From a virus (lineage: Duplodnaviria > Caudoviricetes): 64,000 nucleotides of DNA. The DNA is taken from the IMG/VR virus record IMGVR_UViG_3300020366_000001, positions 1 to 64,000 of that record; one strand, 5' to 3'. The stretch's first letter is position 1, and the number at the start of each line of letters is the position of its first letter. This document shows, piece after piece, positions 58,238-64,000 of this stretch. The position numbers and the translations under genes were made by a program. The notes beneath the pieces were generated by a model that did not search any database, was not told where the DNA came from, and was given only the letters and a program-made list of their open reading frames with translations.

Positions 58238-58437
58238 TTGTCGATGTATTCTTTGATAACTTCTAATTGATCGTGATAGTGGGAGATCTGATCTAGTTCT
58301 GCTTCGATAGCAGACATAACGTCAGGGTGTTCACCAATACCAACTGGGTTGGCAAGGTAAACCTCAACGTTCATTCTGTGCTTTTTGATTGCTCCCATAG
58401 CGTGTGCTTTGAGAGCATCTAACATTTCGCGTCTCAT
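58234..58437 (-). CDS. Hypothetical protein
   Basis: NPVGIGEHPD motif. Confidence 0.75.
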   Translation of the reverse strand: MRREMLDALKAHAMGAIKKHRMNVEVYLANPVGIGEHPDVMSAIEAELDQISHYHDQLEVIKEYIDK

Positions 58438-58892
58438 AATAGGGTACCTCTTGTTCTACGAATTTCGCGCAGTTCTTCAAAGTCTTTTTGTTTGGTTCCA
58501 CCGTCATACGACCAAGCGTAACCTTCATCAATCATCTGTTCATTTAGTGATAATTCTGCATCTCCAATATATAACCAACCAAGAAGGCGACCATACTTAC
58601 CCACGCCACCAACCAGTTCAGTTCTAACAGTAAGTTCATCGTCTCCACTGATAGCACCATCTAACTTATCCTTAAGCCAGTTTGTTGCGTCAATACCGAG
58701 CGCTTTTTCTTCAAGGTCTCGTGTTCGTTTTTCTGGGGTATCAACCCCAGCAACTCTAACTCTCTCCTTTTTATAAAGGTCAAAACCGAGATCGATAGTA
58801 ACATCGATGGTGTCTCCGTCGAGTACTTTATCTATTGAGACAACTCTAAAGTTGTAACAACTCTTACGACTCGGGGGTGTCATCGCTCCCAT
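58434..58892 (-). CDS. Staphylococcal-nuclease-like endonuclease
   Basis: VLDGDTI, RVRVAGVDTPE, GKYGRLLG, EGYA. Confidence 0.88.
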   Translation of the reverse strand: MGAMTPPSRKSCYNFRVVSIDKVLDGDTIDVTIDLGFDLYKKERVRVAGVDTPEKRTRDLEEKALGIDATNWLKDKLDGAISGDDELTVRTELVGGVGKYGRLLGWLYIGDAELSLNEQMIDEGYAWSYDGGTKQKDFEELREIRRTRGTLL

Positions 58893-59028
58893 CTTCTAGT
58901 TCCTCAAAGGCATACTTCATAATGGTATATATGTAATAAGCAACTCCTGCCAAGAGTATCACTAGCATCCAGATGATACTCCAGGTAATATCGTTGGGAT
59001 TTGCCAGGGGGCGAAGAAATAAATTCAC
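58864..59028 (-). CDS. Small membrane protein (54 aa)
   Basis: Manual translation MNLFLRPL..WSIIWMLVILLAGVAYYIYTIM; GTGA overlap with zwf. Confidence 0.65.
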   Translation of the reverse strand: MNLFLRPLANPNDITWSIIWMLVILLAGVAYYIYTIMKYAFEELEDGSDDTPES

Positions 59029-60371
59029 GCGGGGAAATCCCAATTAGTAATAAAGTCTATCTTATTGCAAGGTCCCCAAGTTCCACTATCGTAAAGGTAA
59101 GGAGCAGTACGAACAGGGCAAGACTCACCAGTGCAAAGAAGATCATCTACGATTCTCCAAGACTCTAAAACTTCATCAGCGTGGACAAAGTGTGATTGAT
59201 CTTGGTGAAGAGCAGCATATAATAAACGAACATATCCATCCATAGCACCTTCAGGATATGGGTGAGTGAGTGTTGCAGTCTCTACATTATTAGTCAAACC
59301 AGGAGCCTTCATATCGATACGAATGTCTAGGTGAGGATCTGGTTGGAACCTCATCACAATACGATCGTTATATTCGTGTCCCTCAAAGATTTGAATAGGT
59401 GGTGCTTTGAGTTTAATAACTACCTCAACACACTGATAAGGCATTCTCTTACCAGTCATAAAGTAGAATGGGACATCTTGCCATCTCCAGTTGTCGATGT
59501 AGATATCACCTGCCACAAACGTTTGAGTCATCGAATGTGGATCAACACCTTCTTCGGTGCGATAGGATTTATATTGTCCCGTAAGTAATTTGGTTCCTAG
59601 ACGAGCAGCAGAAAGTACTTTTGTTTTTTCTCTGCGAATCTCCCTAGCAGTATTTTTGCTTGGTGCTTCCATTGCAATCAATGACAAAACCTGTAGCATA
59701 TGGTTTTGTAGCATATCTCTTACAGCACCAGCACCATCATAATATTGTGCTCTACCTTCACACCCAATAGTTTCAGTTGCAAAGATCTGTACTTCTTCTA
59801 TGTACTGACGGTTCCAAAGTGGTTCCAGAAGAATATTGCTAAACCTTGTAGCAAGAATATTGTTGACAGTATCTTTACCAAGATAATGGTCAATGCGATA
59901 GATCTGTTTTTCGCGTAGATGTCGCTCAACCACAGACTGTAAATGATTAGCAGATTCAAGGTCGTGCCCAAAGGGTTTCTCCACAACCACACGCGATCTT
60001 TCTGGGTTGTCGAGGAATCCTGCTTCTTTGAGATTGATGATAGCATCCGCATAAGTTTCTGGCGGTACGGATAAAAAATAAGTAGTATCTTCGCTAGGAT
60101 CGTGTAAATGATTTAGACTTTCTTTGCAGGATAAATCACATTGGATAAAATCCATCCAGTCTGTAAATTCTACTGGATAGTCTCCCAATCTTTTCAACCA
60201 ATCTTCTTTGGTGAGTTCTCTGCGAGATGCACCAACAATCAATAGATTGGGTGGTAATAGATCTTTGGACCATAGATCATATAATGCTGGAATTAGTTTT
60301 CGCTTTGCAAGATCTCCAGTTGCACCAAAGATAACAATACGTCTACTAATGGGCGGTTCCGTTTCCGTCAT
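59025..60371 (-). CDS. zwf: Glucose-6-phosphate dehydrogenase
   Basis: IFGATGDLA, EKPFG, RIDHYLGK; start reassigned to MTETE. Confidence 0.97.
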   Translation of the reverse strand: MTETEPPISRRIVIFGATGDLAKRKLIPALYDLWSKDLLPPNLLIVGASRRELTKEDWLKRLGDYPVEFTDWMDFIQCDLSCKESLNHLHDPSEDTTYFLSVPPETYADAIINLKEAGFLDNPERSRVVVEKPFGHDLESANHLQSVVERHLREKQIYRIDHYLGKDTVNNILATRFSNILLEPLWNRQYIEEVQIFATETIGCEGRAQYYDGAGAVRDMLQNHMLQVLSLIAMEAPSKNTAREIRREKTKVLSAARLGTKLLTGQYKSYRTEEGVDPHSMTQTFVAGDIYIDNWRWQDVPFYFMTGKRMPYQCVEVVIKLKAPPIQIFEGHEYNDRIVMRFQPDPHLDIRIDMKAPGLTNNVETATLTHPYPEGAMDGYVRLLYAALHQDQSHFVHADEVLESWRIVDDLLCTGESCPVRTAPYLYDSGTWGPCNKIDFITNWDFPA

Positions 60372-60477
60372 ACTTTTCTGTGTCATAGTAATCATTTTCA
60401 CCTTTTCGTATCCCGAAGTATATCGTGGATAGTACAAAGGGTATTGCTCCCCAAAGAAGGACATCAGAGAAATTCAT
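60346..60477 (-). CDS. ndhP: NDH-1 subunit NdhP-like protein (43 aa)
   Basis: Manual translation MNFSDVLLWGAIPFVLSTIYFGIRKGENDYYDTEKYDGNGTAH: one TM helix plus FG..YD...Y.GNG.AH tail. Confidence 0.8.
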   Translation of the reverse strand: MNFSDVLLWGAIPFVLSTIYFGIRKGENDYYDTEKYDGNGTAH

Positions 60478-60616
60478 TTTTATCGCTTAGTCCAAGGGAC
60501 CGTAAGTATTCAATCCACCAATCGGGATTTTTCCTAGTTTTCCAATTCGGAACAGGTTTACCCTGCTCCGAATAATGTTTATATAGTACATCATCTATAG
60601 TCTGTGCGATCTCCAT
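60464..60616 (-). CDS. Small hypothetical protein
   Basis: MEIAQTIDD..NPDWWIEYL. Confidence 0.6.
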   Translation of the reverse strand: MEIAQTIDDVLYKHYSEQGKPVPNWKTRKNPDWWIEYLRSLGLSDKNEFL

Positions 60617-60800
60617 ATTCCTCTTCCTCTTCATCAACATCCTCATACGGGTTTGCCACGTAGGGTCCTCGTTTTCGTAGAGGTTCTTTTCTGACATAAT
60701 CCGTTTCAGCATTTACGGCAGACAACCAAACAGCAACTTTCATAACAATGAAGATGATAGCAAGGGGGGATAGGCACGCTACCAAGATGACTGGTTTCAT
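60591..60800 (-). CDS. Small membrane protein
   Basis: N-terminal TM helix, acidic tail, coupled to gnd. Confidence 0.7.
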   Translation of the reverse strand: MKPVILVACLSPLAIIFIVMKVAVWLSAVNAETDYVRKEPLRKRGPYVANPYEDVDEEEEEYGDRTDYR

Positions 60801-61843
60801 CTTACGTTATGCCCTCCGAACATCTTCCTCATACCATTTAGTACCTTGTCCCCAAAAGTGCCCAGGTTGCGAGACGTAAAACGCTCAAACAACGCCGCAC
60901 TAATGACAGGAGTGGGTACACCCAAATCGACAGCGGCATTAACAGTCCAGCGACCCTCACCGCTATCGGAAACTCCTCCATCGAACTTACTAAGCTCTGG
61001 ATCGCCCCGAAATACATCCGCAGTAAGATCAAGTAACCAACTGCCAACCACGCTACCGCGACGCCATAACTCAGCCACTTCAGCACAATCAATATCGTAC
61101 TGATAATTTTCTGGATCTGACATTGGAGCGACTTCTGCATCTCCTTCCATAACATAACGAGATCCTAAATCTGCATTGTGTAAGATATTAAATCCTTCAG
61201 CATACGCTTGCATAATTCCATACTCAACACCGTTATGGACCATCTTCACAAAGTGACCTGCTCCGCTAGGTCCGCAGTGTAACCAACCGTACTCTGCAGA
61301 TGTTGCACCCGAATAAGGGTCTGTTCTGGGAGTACTCCCGATGCCTGGTGCGAGTGCCCTGAAGATAGGAGCACAGACGGATACTGCTTGATCTGCACCA
61401 CCAACCATAAGACAGTATCCACGCTCCAGACCGTAAACACCACCACTAGTACCACAGTCAAGATACTGGATGCCCAGGTTCTCAAGACGTTGTGCTCTCC
61501 TCCTGGTATCCTTAAAATTGGAATTGCCATTATCAATAACAATATCGCCAGGCTTAAGAAATGGTAGTAACTCATAGATAGTTGCTTCTACAGTTTCTGC
61601 TGGGACTACCAGCATAAAAATGCCAGGGGTGGATGAAGAGTCGCCAAAAGTTCCGCGACCAGTGTGTACTACTTGAGCAAGGCTTTCCAGAGAAGTGGTA
61701 TATCCACTGATATAACCCTCTTCATATTGCTGCGCAGCTTTTTGAACATTGTTACGATAACCGTGTACTTCAATTCCAGCTTTGATCATACGGCGAGACA
61801 TACCCTCGCCCATACGACCTAGACCAATCATTCCTACTTTCAT
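60797..61843 (-). CDS. gnd: 6-phosphogluconate dehydrogenase (short type)
   Basis: GLGRMG, GTSGG, GHFVKMVHNGVEYG, DSGEGRW, FGGH. Confidence 0.97.
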   Translation of the reverse strand: MKVGMIGLGRMGEGMSRRMIKAGIEVHGYRNNVQKAAQQYEEGYISGYTTSLESLAQVVHTGRGTFGDSSSTPGIFMLVVPAETVEATIYELLPFLKPGDIVIDNGNSNFKDTRRRAQRLENLGIQYLDCGTSGGVYGLERGYCLMVGGADQAVSVCAPIFRALAPGIGSTPRTDPYSGATSAEYGWLHCGPSGAGHFVKMVHNGVEYGIMQAYAEGFNILHNADLGSRYVMEGDAEVAPMSDPENYQYDIDCAEVAELWRRGSVVGSWLLDLTADVFRGDPELSKFDGGVSDSGEGRWTVNAAVDLGVPTPVISAALFERFTSRNLGTFGDKVLNGMRKMFGGHNVR

Positions 61844-62070
61844 CCTTTAACCTCATTTTGAAAATATTCTGGGAGTGGACATCCCTTAAAATCATTTACA
61901 GTATCAACTGCTAAGACAAACATACAGGCAAATCCTAAACAGAAGGCAAATAACATTTGAGGAAAATTGTAATTGCCCATATGTGCGGTTGGATCTGGAG
62001 GATCATTGTGAGGATGAATCATCCTCTCTATTTCCTTCCGTCTCTTCTTCTTTTCCTCTTCGTTTGGCAT
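61840..62070 (-). CDS. Small membrane protein
   Basis: TM segment, GCPLPEYF. Confidence 0.65.
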   Translation of the reverse strand: MPNEEEKKKRRKEIERMIHPHNDPPDPTAHMGNYNFPQMLFAFCLGFACMFVLAVDTVNDFKGCPLPEYFQNEVKG

Positions 62071-62218
62071 TGTGATCTCCTTTAGTGAAGGGTTCCCAAT
62101 GTTGCCATCCGTAATGATGAACTGCCCACATACCTATAACAGGTACAAAGACGAGTGCTAAGCACATAGTGCCTAGCGAATATGGGTTGTTTAAAACCCA
62201 CCTAGCAAAGTGTGGCAT
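62003..62218 (-). CDS. Small membrane protein
   Basis: TM segment followed by HHYGWQHWEPF. Confidence 0.65.
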   Translation of the reverse strand: MPHFARWVLNNPYSLGTMCLALVFVPVIGMWAVHHYGWQHWEPFTKGDHNAKRRGKEEETEGNREDDSSSQ

Positions 62219-62355
62219 TAAAGCAAGATAGCACCAATAACGAAACCTTTTCCGAATGCAATCCAAGCAATCTGATAATCAGATAGTTTAAACTTTCGTT
62301 GCATTCTCCTCATCATCATTTCATCCCAAATCAGAATGTTTTTGATGACCTTCAT
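62218..62355 (-). CDS. Small membrane protein (45 aa)
   Basis: Manual translation MKVIKNILIWD..FKLSDYQIAWIAFGKGFVIGAILL; AAGGAG RBS and TAAATA upstream. Confidence 0.65.
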   Translation of the reverse strand: MKVIKNILIWDEMMMRRMQRKFKLSDYQIAWIAFGKGFVIGAILL

Positions 62356-62376
62356 TATTTTAGCTCCTTTATTTAA

Positions 62377-62781
62377 TTACTGCACGCCAATTTTGTTGAT
62401 AAACACATAAACGGTGTATTTGTGACCGCTTGTGCTTGCAGCAACAGTGATTGGAAGATTGGAAGCTTGATCTTCTACTACTTGACCTTCAAAGTCAAAC
62501 TCACCAGATCCACCTAGGACCATAACGGTGTCAGCAGCACGTTTCACATCGATGTGATTAGAAGAACCTGCATTGCTGTAGATGACCTTAGCAATCTCCA
62601 TTTTTGCAGGAACTTGAGTTCTGGTTGCAACACCTTTGGATCCACTACCTCCAAAAGAATTGTCACCAGACTCTACAGTTACATCAAAAGAGAGATCAGC
62701 GTGTGTGATGTCAACAGTATTCTCTGTGACAATCTTGACAACAGCGTGACGCTGTGTGTTTTTCAAGACAGTTTTGGACAT
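62377..62781 (-). CDS. Putative virion structural protein
   Basis: Beta-rich ORF after TAAATA. Confidence 0.7.
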   Translation of the reverse strand: MSKTVLKNTQRHAVVKIVTENTVDITHADLSFDVTVESGDNSFGGSGSKGVATRTQVPAKMEIAKVIYSNAGSSNHIDVKRAADTVMVLGGSGEFDFEGQVVEDQASNLPITVAASTSGHKYTVYVFINKIGVQ

Positions 62782-62800
62782 TTTTCGTAACTACTTTGTA

Positions 62801-62944
62801 CTATTTAGATTTGGACCACTTGCTGTGAGACCAGCAACCATCGCGAACTCCGTACTCTCTCTTAAGATTTGGGTTAAATCTTTCAGACAATTTTCGCATT
62901 CCCGCCTTCTCCAAATCCGCAAGGATTTCTTTAAAAGGACGCAT
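62801..62944 (-). CDS. Small basic protein (47 aa)
   Basis: Manual translation MRPFKEILADLEKAG...; two TATAAATA upstream. Confidence 0.5.
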   Translation of the reverse strand: MRPFKEILADLEKAGMRKLSERFNPNLKREYGVRDGCWSHSKWSKSK

Positions 62945-62987
62945 ATTTATACTCTAATGTCTTCTTTCATTATTTATACCCTAAATA
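62944..62987. promoter_or_regulatory. Divergent late promoters
   Basis: TATAAATA twice on minus (62944-51, 62971-78); CTAAATA on plus (62981-87). Confidence 0.7.
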
Positions 62988-63011
62988 TATTGAGGGTACA
63001 TCTCTATAAAA

Positions 63012-63506
63012 ATGAACAGACCACTATTATTGTTGGGAGTACTTACGTTAATCGCTGCTCCTGCACGCGCCGATATAACTCATAGACTCTCCTCAAGTGT
63101 GCAGTTAAGAGTAGATGCTGCGGCAACCGTAGCAGATCGAATTGGTTCAACCTTCAGTATTTCTGGTACAAATATTGATACTACGGACGGTAGTACTGCA
63201 AACACAGTTTCTGCTGGTACTATTACCTCTGGTGTATATTCTCCAGGAACTATTGCAGCAACCCAAGACACTCCAGGGGCTGCATTTTCTTTCCAACAGT
63301 CTTATACTCAGGCTGATGCAGTACCGACTTCTGCTGTAAGTATTGGTGGTGTTCCGAATTTCGGTTCAATTACGAGTACTGCAGCTGGCACCGCTGGCGA
63401 CCTAGCTGGAACAATTACCAGCGCTGGTTTAACTACCGTGACCGCAGGTGGAGCTGGTACTACTGCTACGGGACAATTTGTTTCGGAGATTACTGTAGGC
63501 AATTGA
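63012..63506 (+). CDS. Secreted Thr/Gly/Ala-rich protein
   Basis: Signal peptide (ARA|D), beta-rich sequence. Confidence 0.8.
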   Translation: MNRPLLLLGVLTLIAAPARADITHRLSSSVQLRVDAAATVADRIGSTFSISGTNIDTTDGSTANTVSAGTITSGVYSPGTIAATQDTPGAAFSFQQSYTQADAVPTSAVSIGGVPNFGSITSTAAGTAGDLAGTITSAGLTTVTAGGAGTTATGQFVSEITVGN

Positions 63507-63515
63507 TGCAAAAAG

Positions 63516-63998
63516 GTGATCGTGATGAAAAAGATATCTTCGATCTCTTTGTTTGCACTGTGTGTGGTGGGTGTATTTGTCACACCTGCAAGTGTGCAGG
63601 CGGTCCCCGTGGTCCCAAACTTCACACAGGGCTCAATGACGAGCCACACGGAGACAACCTCCAAAGTGACTGAAACGATTAACTCTATAGATTATTCAAC
63701 AGGATGGGAATACAGTGTAAGCGGAGTGAACATCACAAACGATGGTCAAAGATTAAATCCTCCAAGTACAACTTCAAGCGTGATTGTCAATCCGATGGGC
63801 GGTGTAGAAGGACAAGTGACTTCATCCGCCGCTGCGTTGGACTTCAGCAACACAAACAACTTCAAAATAGCAACTCCAGGGGAAGCGTTCCAGTTCACAC
63901 AACACTACCGTGGACCAGGAGTAACGAACCAAACTGTTATTCAAAGGATAACGGAAGTTACAAGCGTAACCGACACCACAAGTATCTTTACCCAATAG
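63516..63998 (+). CDS. Secreted hypothetical protein
   Basis: Signal peptide (VQA|VPVVPNF), Thr-rich. Confidence 0.75.
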   Translation: MIVMKKISSISLFALCVVGVFVTPASVQAVPVVPNFTQGSMTSHTETTSKVTETINSIDYSTGWEYSVSGVNITNDGQRLNPPSTTSSVIVNPMGGVEGQVTSSAAALDFSNTNNFKIATPGEAFQFTQHYRGPGVTNQTVIQRITEVTSVTDTTSIFTQ

Positions 63999-64000
63999 CA

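Noticed and set aside
60372-60464. N-terminal extension of Zwf
   Set aside because: The other frame encodes the NdhP-like protein
1-64000. CRISPR array, transposase, integrase or recoded stop codons
   Set aside because: No repeat-spacer array or such enzymes seen; core genes translate intact with the standard code

Overview
This is a 64 kb segment of a T4-like marine cyanophage (cyanomyovirus; a Synechococcus/Prochlorococcus host is inferred), almost all encoded on the minus strand. In transcription order (right to left) it holds: an island upstream of g17 with gnd, zwf, petE, an ndhP-like gene missing from the ORF track and many small membrane ORFs; head, tail and packaging genes g17-g23 and g3; uvsY, uvsW, g55, g47, g46; a vWA-peptidase plus cobS-like AAA+ pair; g45, g44, dam, g62, regA, hsp20, g43, uvsX, g41, mazG; a late-promoter block of poorly characterised genes (16.0-22.8 kb); g61, nrdA, nrdB; tRNA-Arg(UCU); an accessory region with 2OG-Fe(II) oxygenases, talC, cpeT, two hli and a carbamoyltransferase; and the 5' part of psbA. 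The best candidate for an undescribed system is the late block: a PD-(D/E)XK-like nuclease, a protein carrying Rnl1-type ligase motifs and a HIGH-motif nucleotidyltransferase, followed by small proteins with T4 capsid-targeting-like N-termini. Other leads are a perfect antisense sigma70 promoter next to g55, a repeated AACYGTCTAC-N29-TATAAT promoter, structured intergenic RNAs and an oxygenase/paralogue/HD cassette. All family assignments are by motif recognition and gene order; no searches were run.
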